Source: Nitrospirota bacterium (GTDB taxonomy: Bacteria; Nitrospirota; Thermodesulfovibrionia; Thermodesulfovibrionales; Dissulfurispiraceae). From it: a stretch of 64,000 nt of DNA. The stretch spans positions 64,001 to 128,000 of the forward strand of contig CAVPZX010000002.1 in assembly GCA_963710375.1 (NCBI GenBank). Direction: 5' to 3'. The position numbers and the translations under genes were made by a program. Positions 33,480 through 43,697 of this stretch are shown one piece after another (the first letter of the stretch is position 1; every line of letters starts with the position of its first letter). The notes under the pieces are model-generated. The model worked only from the letters and a program-made list of their open reading frames with translations. It had not been told where the DNA came from and ran no database searches.

Positions 33480-35165
33480 TCAGCAGGCGCATTCTCTCTT
33501 GTTTTGCTCGTGAGCATAAAGACCTGCAAGCGTACTTCCCCCTCCGAAAGCGGGCCTGCTGATTGTCCTCCTTATCGCATTTTCGAGGGCGGCCCTGTCG
33601 CTGAAACTGCGGCGGATGCCCTGTATCTCCTGGTACTCTTCATGTCCTTTGCCGGCTACCAGCACAATGTCTCCAGACGAAGCCAGTTCTACTGCCATGC
33701 TGATAGCAACATTCCGGTCGGGTATCACAATATAACAATCGCCTTTTATCCCTTTTTCAATGTCTTTGATGATTGTCTTGGGGTTCTCGTTCCTGGGATT
33801 GTCCGAGGTGATAATGACGAAATCGCTCAACCTGGAGGCGATTTCTCCCATTTTCGAACGTTTTCCCTTGTCCCTGTTGCCTCCGCACCCAAGGACAGTA
33901 ATGATCTTGCCTCTTTCTTTTTCTTGCTCTTGTCTCCCGGGCAAATCGAACTGTCGCCTTTTTTCTTTCATGAATTTTTCAGTTTTGCCGACAAAGCGGT
34001 ATGCCTCCAGTAATTGACGGGCTGTCATCAAGAGCCGTTCGAGCGCATCTTCGGTATGTGCATAATCCACTACAGCAAGAAAGTCCTGTCCCATATCAAC
34101 CTTCTCAAACCTTCCTTTAACCAATCCTGCCATGGCAAGTCCCTCCTTTATGACTTTAATGGGCACATTAAGCGCTAACGCTGCGCTAAATGCGGCGAGC
34201 ATGTTGTATACATTTATTTGACCGACCATTTGAGACATGATTTCTGTCTCAGCTTCCCCAAATCGCGTTTTGAATGAAGTTCCCCCAAACGACGTTTTTA
34301 TATCAAAGGCCGTGACATCCGCCTCCTTATTATCCAGTGCATAGGTTATGACCCTGACAGTCGGCTTCCGGCTCCTTAATATCCGGGCAAGCTGTATCCC
34401 GTGGGCATCATCAATATTAATTACCGCAATACCATCCTCAGTCAGTAACTCAGTGAAGAGACGCTCTTTTGCCTTGAAATAATCTTCCATCGAAAGGTGA
34501 AAATCCAGATGGTCTCTGGTAAGATTCGTGAAAACGGCAACCCTGAAGCTGGTATAATCCGCCCTTTTCAGAGCAAGGGCATGCGATGATATCTCAGAAA
34601 TAACAAAGCCGCATCCGGCCTCCCTCATCTCTCTGATGAGGCACTGGAAATCAGGAGCTTCGGGTGTGGTATGGGGTGCTTCATAGACTGCATCTTTGAT
34701 CAAATAATTAATAGTACCTATAATCCCGACCTCCTCCCCCCACCGTTCCAGTATGGACTTGACCAGATATGAAGAAGTTGTTTTGCCGTTTGTGCCGGTG
34801 ATACCGACCACGACCATTTCTTCGGAGGGCCGGCCGTAAAAGCGGTGAGCAACACGGGCAAGGGCGTCCCTGACATCAGCAACCCGTATCCAGGTGACTT
34901 CAGGATATTTTTTCTCCATTGGCAAGTACGGGTCGGCAGGAAGCTCGCGTCTATGCCCGTACATAACGGCAACCGCTCCTTTTTTAATCGCATCCTCTAT
35001 AAAATTCCGGCCGTCTAGTTTTTCACCCTGTACTGCGACAAAGAGTTCCCCTCCCTTGACCATTCTGGAATCATATACAACTCCGGAGATGTACCGAACA
35101 GCATCACCAACTACCTCAAAATCATGATCGATTACATCACTTATTTTTATTTCCATTTTTTTCAT
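33480..35165 (-). CDS. murE: UDP-MurNAc-dipeptide--meso-DAP ligase
   Basis: TGTNGKTT, TTPE, EISSH, NLTRDHLDFH, VDYAHT, DNPR (mDAP specificity), AGKGHE. Confidence 0.97.
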   Translation of the reverse strand: MKKMEIKISDVIDHDFEVVGDAVRYISGVVYDSRMVKGGELFVAVQGEKLDGRNFIEDAIKKGAVAVMYGHRRELPADPYLPMEKKYPEVTWIRVADVRDALARVAHRFYGRPSEEMVVVGITGTNGKTTSSYLVKSILERWGEEVGIIGTINYLIKDAVYEAPHTTPEAPDFQCLIREMREAGCGFVISEISSHALALKRADYTSFRVAVFTNLTRDHLDFHLSMEDYFKAKERLFTELLTEDGIAVINIDDAHGIQLARILRSRKPTVRVITYALDNKEADVTAFDIKTSFGGTSFKTRFGEAETEIMSQMVGQINVYNMLAAFSAALALNVPIKVIKEGLAMAGLVKGRFEKVDMGQDFLAVVDYAHTEDALERLLMTARQLLEAYRFVGKTEKFMKEKRRQFDLPGRQEQEKERGKIITVLGCGGNRDKGKRSKMGEIASRLSDFVIITSDNPRNENPKTIIKDIEKGIKGDCYIVIPDRNVAISMAVELASSGDIVLVAGKGHEEYQEIQGIRRSFSDRAALENAIRRTISRPAFGGGSTLAGLYAHEQNKRECAC

Positions 35166-35171
35166 CTGCTT

Positions 35172-35213
35172 CCTATTGCCTCTCGCCCCGCCTCAGGCGG
35201 GCCTATCGCCTAT
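35172..35213. repeat. Short heptamer repeat with an embedded GC-rich palindrome (REP-like)
   Basis: CCTATTG CCTCTCG C-CCCGCCTCAGGCGGG-CCTATCG CCTAT between ftsI and murE; the heptamer resembles that at 4796-4905. Confidence 0.55.
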
Positions 35214-36907
35214 CTTTTTGAGACAAGCAGCAGTCGCTTCTCTGCCGAGTCATCTCTAGGCACGCTTAAATACGAAAGCGATTCATTTGCAATCTGTTTA
35301 AAAACAGGTCCGGCTACCAATCCGCCGTATATGGAGCCTTGCGGCTCTTGAATTACAACAATCATTGCGATTCTCGGGTCGTCGGCCGGTACAAACCCGA
35401 CGAAAGAGCTTACGTACTTATCTTTCGAATATCTTTTAGTTTTAGGATCCATCAGTTGCGCCGTGCCGGTTTTGCCGGCAACCTCGTTGCCGTCAATTGC
35501 GGCGCCTGTTGCCGTCCCTCCCTCCTCTGTAACGGTTTTTAAAATATTCTTAAAAGTCCTGGCCGTTCTCTCCGAAATGATTCTTTGCGACTCATTGGCA
35601 GACTTATAGATGACCGCCCCCGCAGGAGAACTGATTGCCGAAACAACGTGGGGCCTGACAAGAAATCCTCCATTGGCGACTGCTGAATATGCCCTCAACA
35701 CCTGCAAGGGTGTCACGGCAACCTCCTGACCTATTGAGATCGCCCCTATGGAAGTCCCGGACCATCGAATGGGCGGTCGTATCCACCCTGAAGCTTCCCC
35801 GCCAAGATCAAAATCTGTTTTCTCGCCAAAACCGTATTTCCTGATATAGCTGTATATCTTCTCTCTGCCCAGATTCAATCCGATCTTGATCGTCCCGACA
35901 TTCGATGATTTCTGAATCACCTCTTTGAAAGTAAGGACGCCGTGCCTTTCAGCATCCTTTATTTTTCTGCCCCCTATTTCTATATACCCGGCGCTGCAGT
36001 CAAAGCGTGTATCAGGGTTGACAATCCCCTCTTCAAGAGCAGCCGTGCCTACGACTATCTTAAATGTAGAGCCCGGCTCATAGCAGTCCGTAACGGCCCT
36101 GTTTCTCCTTTTTGCAGCTGTCACCTCTGAGGGGTTATTCAGGTCATAGGTAGGCCTGCTCGCCATTGCGAGCACTTCACCGTTATTCGGGTCCATCATG
36201 ATCACCGTCGCCGAAGACGCCTTCCACTGCGCAACAGCCTCATCTAGATTCTTCTCTACTATATATTGCAAACCCTCATCTATGGTGAGGATGATGTTGT
36301 TCCCTTTAATTTCTTTCCTCACGCCGTCAGAAAGCGCATTCCCCTTAGCATCCCTGACGACAGATACCCGTTCACTTACTGCAGAGAGATATTTTTCAAA
36401 TGACTTTTCGACGCCTTCCAGTCCGTTGTTGTCGACGCCGACAAACCCGATAATGTGCGAGGCAAGACTTCCTTCCGGATAAAACCTCTTGATCTCCGGC
36501 ACGAAACCGATACCTCCCAATTTCATGTTCCTTATGCGCTGCGTCTCATCGAGGCTTACCTTTCTTTCGATCCAGTTAAACCTGTTGTTGGCCGACAGGC
36601 GGGTGAGGATAACATCCGGTTTATTATTGATGGTCTGCGACAAGGCAGCTGCAACCCGGTCAGGCGACGTTATCTCGGCAGGGTCGCAGTAGACCGATTC
36701 CGTATCGAGATTGATTGCAAGCTCTCTTCCCTTCCTGTCAAAAATAATACCCCGTCTGACAGGGACAATCTCTTTCTTGATCTGCTGGTCCCTTGCCTTG
36801 TCAAGAAACCACTGATGATTCACGAGCATTATATCGGCAAGCCGGAAAATAACGGCTACGAAGGTGAATGTTATTATGGTGTTAACCATAATGGCCCTTT
36901 TCTTCAT
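35210..36907 (-). CDS. ftsI: Cell division transpeptidase FtsI (PBP3)
   Basis: RRGIIFDR, RFYPEG, GLEGVE, EPGSTFK, SSN, GKTGTAQ. Confidence 0.96.
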   Translation of the reverse strand: MKKRAIMVNTIITFTFVAVIFRLADIMLVNHQWFLDKARDQQIKKEIVPVRRGIIFDRKGRELAINLDTESVYCDPAEITSPDRVAAALSQTINNKPDVILTRLSANNRFNWIERKVSLDETQRIRNMKLGGIGFVPEIKRFYPEGSLASHIIGFVGVDNNGLEGVEKSFEKYLSAVSERVSVVRDAKGNALSDGVRKEIKGNNIILTIDEGLQYIVEKNLDEAVAQWKASSATVIMMDPNNGEVLAMASRPTYDLNNPSEVTAAKRRNRAVTDCYEPGSTFKIVVGTAALEEGIVNPDTRFDCSAGYIEIGGRKIKDAERHGVLTFKEVIQKSSNVGTIKIGLNLGREKIYSYIRKYGFGEKTDFDLGGEASGWIRPPIRWSGTSIGAISIGQEVAVTPLQVLRAYSAVANGGFLVRPHVVSAISSPAGAVIYKSANESQRIISERTARTFKNILKTVTEEGGTATGAAIDGNEVAGKTGTAQLMDPKTKRYSKDKYVSSFVGFVPADDPRIAMIVVIQEPQGSIYGGLVAGPVFKQIANESLSYLSVPRDDSAEKRLLLVSKR

Positions 36908-36913
36908 AGTCCC

Positions 36914-37255
36914 CTACCGCGCCTTATCAGCGACTGTCAACGATGCCTTGTAAATATCACTCTTCCCCGATTCCTTCACATAAACCACCCTGACCCTGTC
37001 CGGAAATTCAAAAACGGTCCCACTGGACGCAACGCTCTGCAGCCTCCCGATATAGAGGAGATTCGCCTGTTCAGCAGCAAGCACCTTCTTCTCCTTCATA
37101 AGTTCAGACTTCTTCTTGTCAAGATTGCTCAGCGAATACTCAAGCGTAACTACGCTCGACCGAAGCCATACTATGCCGAAAACCATGAAAAGCAGCATCA
37201 GCAATGAAACCGGCTTCAACAAGGCTATAAACCAATTTTTTTTCCTGCGTCTCAT
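36914..37255 (-). CDS. ftsL: Cell division protein FtsL-like
   Basis: Short basic N-terminus, one TM and a coiled coil, located between rsmH and ftsI. Confidence 0.75.
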   Translation of the reverse strand: MRRRKKNWFIALLKPVSLLMLLFMVFGIVWLRSSVVTLEYSLSNLDKKKSELMKEKKVLAAEQANLLYIGRLQSVASSGTVFEFPDRVRVVYVKESGKSDIYKASLTVADKAR

Positions 37256-38121
37256 ACTTTCTGTGCCCCTCTTAGTTTCGCGCTCCTCGCTGAAGGATTC
37301 CCGCGCACTTCATCAGACGAGGGCGCAACAGGCTTTTTGGTCAATATCCTCAGCAGGCCGGCACGACTGTTGTCCCTGATGAAATTTTTCACAATCCTGT
37401 CCTCCAGGGAGTGATATGAAATTACCGCCATTCTGCCGCCCGGCTTAAGAACGGATAGCGCAGCGGAAAGTCCCTGCTTAAGCTCATCGAGTTCTTTGTT
37501 GACCTCTATCCTCAATGCCTGGAATGTCCTGGTAGCTGGATGCATCTTTCCTCTCCCGCCATAAATCCCGGCTATGAAATCCGCAAGTTCAATGCATGTT
37601 TCAAAGGATGTTTTCTTCCTTCGTGCAATAATGGCCTTCGCTATTTTTCTTGCAAAGGGTTCCTCGCCGTATTCCTGCAGTATCCTCTGCAGCTCCTTTT
37701 CCTGATACCTGTTGACCACTTCCCATGCGGTAAGGCGCTGCGAGGCATCCATACGCATATCGAGTCTTTCCGGGGATGAAAAACTGAAGCCGCGGGAGTA
37801 ATCCTTCAACTGAAACATTGAGACGCCGAGATCGAAGAGGAACCCGTCTGCCTCTTTTATATTCAGGTCAGCGAGAATCCCCTCTATTTCAGAAAAGTTT
37901 CCCTTGCAAAGGTGAGCGCGATTATTGCCGAGCAAATCGCGGGAGCGCTGCAACGCCCTGTCGTCCCGGTCTACTCCGACGAGTACCCCGCCGGCGCCGA
38001 TTTTCGAAAGTATTTCACGTGCATGACCGCCAAGGCCTACCGTGGCGTCTATGTAGATACCGTTTCCCCTGACATTAAGCATCTCCATCGTCTCCCTCAG
38101 CAAAACCGGAATGTGGTCCAT
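37252..38121 (-). CDS. rsmH: 16S rRNA m4C1402 methyltransferase
   Basis: HIPVLL, DATVGLGGHA, DLGVS, LDMRMD, FQALRIEVN, SYHSLEDR, RSAKLR. Confidence 0.98.
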   Translation of the reverse strand: MDHIPVLLRETMEMLNVRGNGIYIDATVGLGGHAREILSKIGAGGVLVGVDRDDRALQRSRDLLGNNRAHLCKGNFSEIEGILADLNIKEADGFLFDLGVSMFQLKDYSRGFSFSSPERLDMRMDASQRLTAWEVVNRYQEKELQRILQEYGEEPFARKIAKAIIARRKKTSFETCIELADFIAGIYGGRGKMHPATRTFQALRIEVNKELDELKQGLSAALSVLKPGGRMAVISYHSLEDRIVKNFIRDNSRAGLLRILTKKPVAPSSDEVRGNPSARSAKLRGAQKV

Positions 38122-38133
38122 TCCGTTCTCGCT

Positions 38134-38589
38134 CTATAGCCCGTAGCCGGCAAGCACGGTTTCAAAGGCCTTTGCGTCAACCTTCTTCGGATCGGTTACC
38201 GCATCCCATTCGGCTTTGTCCCATACCTCAATCTTGTCCAGTTGTCCGACAATCACAACCTCACTATGTATGCCTGCATCCTCCCGGTGCGAAACAGGTA
38301 TAAGCACTCTGCCCTGTTTGTCAATCTCACACTCAAGGACAGAAGCAATGACCCTTCTTAGAAAAAACTTCACAGCCTCGTCACTCTTGGGCAATGGCCG
38401 TATTTTTTCTTCCAGCCTGTTCCACTCTTCCAGTGGATATATATGGAGACACTTGTCAAAAGCGGCACTTGTTATATATAATTTTGAATTATTGTATTTT
38501 TTAAAAATAATATCGCGTAGAGGAGCAGGGATGATAATTCTCCCCTTTGGGTCTAATGCATAATAATATTTTCCCAAAAATGAAGACAT
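38134..38589 (-). CDS. mraZ: Division/cell wall cluster repressor MraZ
   Basis: Two DxKGR/DKQGR AbrB-like repeats. Start placed at ATG 38589 after AGGAG, not TTG 38619. Confidence 0.95.
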   Translation of the reverse strand: MSSFLGKYYYALDPKGRIIIPAPLRDIIFKKYNNSKLYITSAAFDKCLHIYPLEEWNRLEEKIRPLPKSDEAVKFFLRRVIASVLECEIDKQGRVLIPVSHREDAGIHSEVVIVGQLDKIEVWDKAEWDAVTDPKKVDAKAFETVLAGYGL

Positions 38590-38593
38590 CTTC

Positions 38594-38627
38594 TCACTCT
38601 CCTCCACTTTCTTCCACAATTTACCAC
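38594..38627 (-). promoter_or_regulatory. MraZ operator repeats
   Basis: GTGG-N6-GTGG-N6-GTGG-N6-GTGA with a 10-nt period directly upstream of mraZ and downstream of TTGACA (38659-38654) and TATTAT. Confidence 0.8.
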
Positions 38628-38749
38628 CAATAATATGAATTATTTATCGTGATTGTCAAGAGAAAAATTAGTTATTTCAAAGAAATTCCATATTTTGTGG
38701 TTTTTTTATGTCGAAGATACTATATATAGGGCATAGGGTGGTGTAAAAA

Positions 38750-39886
38750 GTGATGTTTTCAGAGAAATTGAAGGCACTTGAAAACAATATCTTGTTACGG
38801 CAGATTAAAGACAGAGAAACCACAATGATGCCGAACATAAGCTTTGATGGCACAGAGTATATCAATTTTACATCTAATGATTATCTTGGCCTCGCGTGCT
38901 CAGCTTCGCTCAGAGATGCCGCTGCACATGCCATCGCCGAATTCGGCTTCGGCGGGGGTGCTTCACGGCTCCTGGCCGGAGGAACGCAGATTCATAGCAC
39001 ACTTGAAAAAGCAATTGCAGCTTTCAAGGATACGGAAACTGCGTTAGTTTTTGGTTCCGGCTATATTGCAAATACCAGTGCTCTGCCGTCTATTGCCGGG
39101 GAAGGCGATGTCATTTTCAGTGACGAGCTTAATCACGCAAGCCTTATCGATGGCTGCAGGATGAGCAGGGCGCAAAAGGCAATATACAGGCATCGTGATA
39201 CCGACCATTTGAGCATGCTTATGCAGACAGCCAAAGGCGACAAGAAAATAGTCGTTACCGACAGTATATTCAGCATGGACGGCGATATCGCTCCCCTGGT
39301 GGAGATAACGACTCTATGCAAAGACCACGGTGCGCTCCTGTATATCGATGACGCTCACGCTACAGGAGTCCTGGGTAACGGCCGGGGCGCACTGGCCCAT
39401 TTTGGCTTACGACCGGAGCCGTGGATAATACAGATGGGGACGTTTTCCAAGGCGTTGGGTTCTTATGGTGCATTTATTGCCGCTGAAAAAGAGATAATCG
39501 ACTGGCTCGTCAATACCGCGAGAGGATTCATCTATTCAACAGCCCTGCCTTCATGCGTTGCCGCAGCTTCACTAAGGGCGCTGCAGCTTGTGCAGTCAGA
39601 TCCGATGTTGATAAGCAGGCTGTGGCAGAACCGCGAGCTGCTTTTCAATGGCCTGCGCTCATTGGGACTGAACACGCTGTGCAGTGAAACACCTATAATC
39701 CCGATAGTAGTAGGAGACGTGAAAAAGACTATGGATATTGCCGGTGAATTGAAGAAGCGCCGCGTTTATTGCCCCGCAATAAGACCGCCGACAGTGAAAC
39801 AGCCGCGGCTGCGGGTCACCGTAACGGCTGCGCACAGTGAAGAGAATATCGCTGAGTTGCTTGATGCGCTGGAGGAGGTACTTTAG
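38750..39886 (+). CDS. bioF: 8-amino-7-oxononanoate synthase
   Basis: SNDYLGL, SRLLAG, DELNHASLIDG, FSMDGD, DDAHATG, GTFSKALG, AIRPPTV. Confidence 0.93.
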   Translation: MMFSEKLKALENNILLRQIKDRETTMMPNISFDGTEYINFTSNDYLGLACSASLRDAAAHAIAEFGFGGGASRLLAGGTQIHSTLEKAIAAFKDTETALVFGSGYIANTSALPSIAGEGDVIFSDELNHASLIDGCRMSRAQKAIYRHRDTDHLSMLMQTAKGDKKIVVTDSIFSMDGDIAPLVEITTLCKDHGALLYIDDAHATGVLGNGRGALAHFGLRPEPWIIQMGTFSKALGSYGAFIAAEKEIIDWLVNTARGFIYSTALPSCVAAASLRALQLVQSDPMLISRLWQNRELLFNGLRSLGLNTLCSETPIIPIVVGDVKKTMDIAGELKKRRVYCPAIRPPTVKQPRLRVTVTAAHSEENIAELLDALEEVL

Positions 39887-41004
39887 TAAAGAACGGCTCT
39901 AAGGCCGTTCAGAACTTCTTCAAGTTCATCCCATGTGGTGGATCTGCCGAGACTGAACCTGATTGCCCCCATTCCTTCCTCCGGAGGAACACCCATGGCA
40001 GCAAGGATGTTAGAGAGAGTTACCGAACCGGCGTGGCACGCAGAGCCTGTGGACGCAGCGACCTCCGGCAGCTTCGCCAGGATCTCAGCGCCGATTCTGC
40101 CGACGAAGTTGACATTGAGCGTATTGGGGAGCCGCTCAGTCAGATGGCCGTTGAGTGTTACCCCTTCACCAAAGTTCTCCCGGAGTCTCTCCCAAAAACG
40201 GTTGCGCAGCTTCTGGACCTGAGGCATGCCGATCCAACGGTTGGCAATGCCGCAAGCGACGCCGAGCGCCACTGCGAGGAGGACGTTTTCTGTGCCGGCC
40301 CTTCTTCCCCTCTCATGCCCGGCTCCATGGATAAAGGGCTCGATTGTTGTCCCGTCTCTGATGTAAAGCGCCCCGACACCTTTCGGTGCATACAGTTTGT
40401 GCCCGGCAACCGAAAGGAGATCCACGCCGAGTTCATCCACTTTGGTCGAAATCTTTCCTACACTCTGGGCCGCGTCGGAATGGAATAAAACCCCGGCATT
40501 CCTTGCTATGGCAGCGATCTCCGGAATCGGCTGGATTGTCCCCACCTCATTGTTGGCGTGCATAACTGTAATGAGAATGGTCCCTGGCGCAATCGCGCGC
40601 CGCACGTCATCAGGGTCAACTCTGCCGAAGCGGTCAACAGGGAGCACGGTGACCTTCGCCCCGAGATTCTCCAGGAAATGACAAGGATTAAGGATGGCCG
40701 GATGTTCAACAGACGTGGTAATAATATGGTTGCCTTTTTCCCGGTTTGCAAAGAAGACGCCCTTAAGGGCATGATTGTTCGCTTCGCTCCCGCCGCTCGT
40801 GAAAACTACCTCCGTAGGGTCGCAACCGAGAAGGTCAGAGACCTGTCTTCGCGCCGCCTCTACCGCATCCTTGGCCGGGATACCGGCCCAATGAAGGCTG
40901 GAAGGGTTGCCATAGTGCTCTGTGAGGAACGGTTGCATAGCTTCAACAACTTCCGGTGCGATCGGGGTGCTGGCGTTGTGATCGAGGTAAATCTTTCGGT
41001 TCAT
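39883..41004 (-). CDS. Cysteine desulfurase (NifS/IscS class)
   Basis: YLDHNASTP, YGNPSS, ANNEVG, GHKLYAPKG, STGSACH. Confidence 0.93.
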   Translation of the reverse strand: MNRKIYLDHNASTPIAPEVVEAMQPFLTEHYGNPSSLHWAGIPAKDAVEAARRQVSDLLGCDPTEVVFTSGGSEANNHALKGVFFANREKGNHIITTSVEHPAILNPCHFLENLGAKVTVLPVDRFGRVDPDDVRRAIAPGTILITVMHANNEVGTIQPIPEIAAIARNAGVLFHSDAAQSVGKISTKVDELGVDLLSVAGHKLYAPKGVGALYIRDGTTIEPFIHGAGHERGRRAGTENVLLAVALGVACGIANRWIGMPQVQKLRNRFWERLRENFGEGVTLNGHLTERLPNTLNVNFVGRIGAEILAKLPEVAASTGSACHAGSVTLSNILAAMGVPPEEGMGAIRFSLGRSTTWDELEEVLNGLRAVLY

Positions 41005-41774
41005 TTGTAAACGACGAAAAAAATCCTTTTAAAAGGAAAAAGGATTTTGCCGTCTCTCTGGATCGCATATGCCTGCCTGCATTCGTCCAATATCTCGTTC
41101 ATGAATTCCTTTCTGCATTCATCGTCAGGGAGCCTTTCGAGAAAAGGCCTCAATCCGGTGCCCTTATACCATTCTATCATCGCCTCATGAGAACTCAGGA
41201 CATGATAGTAGGAGGTTTCCCAGATGTCGAGCCCTGAGGAGGCGATTGGATAAAGTAAATTGTAATAGTATTCTACATTATAATAATGCAGCAGCTTCCA
41301 GCACCCTCTGGTGAATCCGGACCATTTTTCTCTCTCAGATACAACGAGCAATGCCTTATGCAATGGTGATTCATAATTTGCAGGCACCTGAACAGCCAGC
41401 GCTCCGCCGGGCTTTACAATTTTAACAAGTCTGGGGATTAGATAATCATGATCCGGTATCCACTGCAAAGCCGCATTTGAGAAAACAATATCATAGGTCT
41501 GATCGGGTTCCAGCTTTGAAGCATCCGCCAGCAGCCATTCCTGATCCGGAAAATCTGTCTTTGCTCTTTCGATCATTTCATTTGAACTGTCAAGACCGAT
41601 AATCCGGGCATTGGGCCAGCGCTCACGTAACACTTTAGTGCTGTTTCCGGGTCCGCACCCAATGTCAATAACAGCAGCTGGATTGTCAATTCTGACCTTT
41701 GCTGCAAGATCTATAGAGGGTTGAGTTCGCTCATCCTTAAATCTGAGATACTGATGTGAGTCCCATGTCACCAA
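41001..41774 (-). CDS. tam: Trans-aconitate 2-methyltransferase-like SAM methyltransferase
   Basis: WDSHQYLRFKDERTQPSIDL, DIGCGPGNST, SNAALQW, W.KGTGLRPFL, FPFKRIF. Confidence 0.85.
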   Translation of the reverse strand: MVTWDSHQYLRFKDERTQPSIDLAAKVRIDNPAAVIDIGCGPGNSTKVLRERWPNARIIGLDSSNEMIERAKTDFPDQEWLLADASKLEPDQTYDIVFSNAALQWIPDHDYLIPRLVKIVKPGGALAVQVPANYESPLHKALLVVSEREKWSGFTRGCWKLLHYYNVEYYYNLLYPIASSGLDIWETSYYHVLSSHEAMIEWYKGTGLRPFLERLPDDECRKEFMNEILDECRQAYAIQRDGKILFPFKRIFFVVYK

Positions 41775-41828
41775 CTGATCCTCCTTCGATTACCCTGCTT
41801 ATTATTCGGTTCATTATTGTGCGAGAAG

Positions 41829-41870
41829 TTGATTTAAGTCAAGGTCATCTGCCGGTCAGCATTGTAAACT
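41829..41870 (+). promoter_or_regulatory. Crp/Fnr-family (HcpR-like) site and -10 element of hcp
   Basis: TTGATTTAAGTCAA at 41829-41842 and TAAACT at 41865-41870; the same site and spacing recur at 58680. Confidence 0.8.
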
Positions 41871-41931
41871 TGAAGCAGTTGAAGTTCATTATTGGCCCAC
41901 AGCCAAATATATATTACAGGAGGATAAAACT

Positions 41932-43563
41932 ATGTTTTGTTATCAGTGTGAACAGGCGGCAAAAGGAAAAGGTTGTTCAATAAAAGGCGTTTGCGGAAAG
42001 CAGCCTGACGTAGCAGCGCTTCAGGACCTGCTGGTGTATTCATTGCAGGGGATAGGTCTTTACGCAACAGAGGGCAAGAAAGTGGGAATCAGTAACAGAG
42101 AAGTAGATGAATTCACTGTCAAAGCCCTTTTTTCAACCCTTACCAATGTTAATTTCGACGCCTCGAGCTTTGTCTCTCTCATAAATAAGAGCGTAGAAAT
42201 CAGGGATAGGTTTGCCGGAGAGGTCAAGGCTGCCGGTGGTAATACCGCCGCGTTTTCTACAGGACCCGCAGTTTTCAGGCCCGAAAAAACAATGGAGGGT
42301 CTGTTGCAGCAGGGTGAAAAGTCTGCGCTGAATTCTGATACTTCTGTTGATCCTGATATCCGGTCACTGCAGCATACTGTCTTGTTCGGCATAAAAGGAG
42401 TAGCTGCATATGCAGATCACGCACAGATATTGGGGAAGAGCGATGAATCGGTATACGCCTTTGTCCATGAAGCCCTCGCAGCGCTGACTAAACAAGACCT
42501 GAGTCTCAATGACTGGGTGGGGCTAACTCTCAAGTGCGGTGAGATAAACCTCAAAGCGATGGAAATCCTTGATGCTGCAAATACCGGAAAATACGGCGCT
42601 CCTGTGCCGACAAAGGTTCCGCTTGGAGCAAAGAAAGGAAAGGCGATACTGGTTTCAGGCCACGATCTCAGGGACATGGAAGAAGTGCTAAAACAGAGCG
42701 ACGGCAAGGGTATTTATGTCTACACTCACGGCGAAATGCTTCCCACTCATGCCTATCCCCTGCTAAAAAAATATCCCCACTTCTACGGGCACTATGGCAC
42801 GGCATGGCAGAACCAGCACAAAGAATTTGCGCAGTTTCCCGGTGCTATACTTATGACTACCAATTGCCTCCAGGAGCCTAAGGACTCGTATAAAGACAAT
42901 ATCTTTACAACCGGCCTTGTGGGCTGGCCAGGTGTCAGCCACATCTCCGATAACAATTTTTCCCCTGTGATTGAACGTGCCCTGTCGCTGCCAGGATTTA
43001 CGGAAGATTCCAACGGCAAGTCAGTGATGACCGGTTTCGCAAGAGATGCCGTAATGGGCGTTGCAGGGACGGTTATTGAAGCGGTCAAAAGCAATAAGAT
43101 TCGCCACTTCTTTCTCGTTGCAGGCTGCGATGGCGCAAAGCCGGGACGGAATTATTATACCGAGTTTGTTGAGAAAGTACCGAAGGATTGTGTCGTCCTG
43201 ACCCTTGCCTGCGGCAAGTTCCGCTTTTTCGATAAAGAGCTCGGTGATATCGGAGGGATCCCAAGGCTGCTTGATGTAGGACAGTGTAATGATGCATATT
43301 CCGCCATCCAGATTGCTGTGGCTCTATCCAAGGCCTTTAACGTTGGGGTGAATGAGCTGCCTCTTTCCATGGTGCTTTCCTGGTATGAGCAGAAGGCCGT
43401 GGCCATTCTTCTCACCCTTTTATATCTTGGAATAAAGAATATCCGCCTCGGACCGTCACTGCCTGCGTTTCTTACGCCTAATGTGCTTGATATCCTGGTA
43501 AAGAATTTTAATATTATGGCAATCACAACACCCGATGCAGACTTGAAGTCGATTCTGGGGTAG
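41932..43563 (+). CDS. hcp: Hybrid cluster protein (hydroxylamine/NO reductase)
   Basis: MFCYQCEQ...C...GVCGK, SGHDL, YTHGEMLPTH, GCDG, GQCNDAYS, LSWYEQKA. Confidence 0.98.
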   Translation: MFCYQCEQAAKGKGCSIKGVCGKQPDVAALQDLLVYSLQGIGLYATEGKKVGISNREVDEFTVKALFSTLTNVNFDASSFVSLINKSVEIRDRFAGEVKAAGGNTAAFSTGPAVFRPEKTMEGLLQQGEKSALNSDTSVDPDIRSLQHTVLFGIKGVAAYADHAQILGKSDESVYAFVHEALAALTKQDLSLNDWVGLTLKCGEINLKAMEILDAANTGKYGAPVPTKVPLGAKKGKAILVSGHDLRDMEEVLKQSDGKGIYVYTHGEMLPTHAYPLLKKYPHFYGHYGTAWQNQHKEFAQFPGAILMTTNCLQEPKDSYKDNIFTTGLVGWPGVSHISDNNFSPVIERALSLPGFTEDSNGKSVMTGFARDAVMGVAGTVIEAVKSNKIRHFFLVAGCDGAKPGRNYYTEFVEKVPKDCVVLTLACGKFRFFDKELGDIGGIPRLLDVGQCNDAYSAIQIAVALSKAFNVGVNELPLSMVLSWYEQKAVAILLTLLYLGIKNIRLGPSLPAFLTPNVLDILVKNFNIMAITTPDADLKSILG

Positions 43564-43571
43564 CAGTATCA

Positions 43572-43608
43572 GGGAGACGGTCTTGTCAGGCATCCAGGGC
43601 CGTCTCCC
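43572..43608 (+). terminator. Stem-loop after hcp
   Basis: GGGAGACGGTCTTG...CAGGGCCGTCTCCC; no U-tract follows. Confidence 0.5.
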
Positions 43609-43697
43609 GACTACGTCCCGACCGGAGATCAAACTTGCAGTCTATGCTGTTTTCTGATATGAATAATTAAGTGCTCGCCGGGAGGTGACATAGATAC

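Noticed and set aside
38590..38619. N-terminal extension MWKKVEESEK of MraZ
   Set aside because: It is the translation of the operator repeats and RBS; ATG 38589 is the better start.
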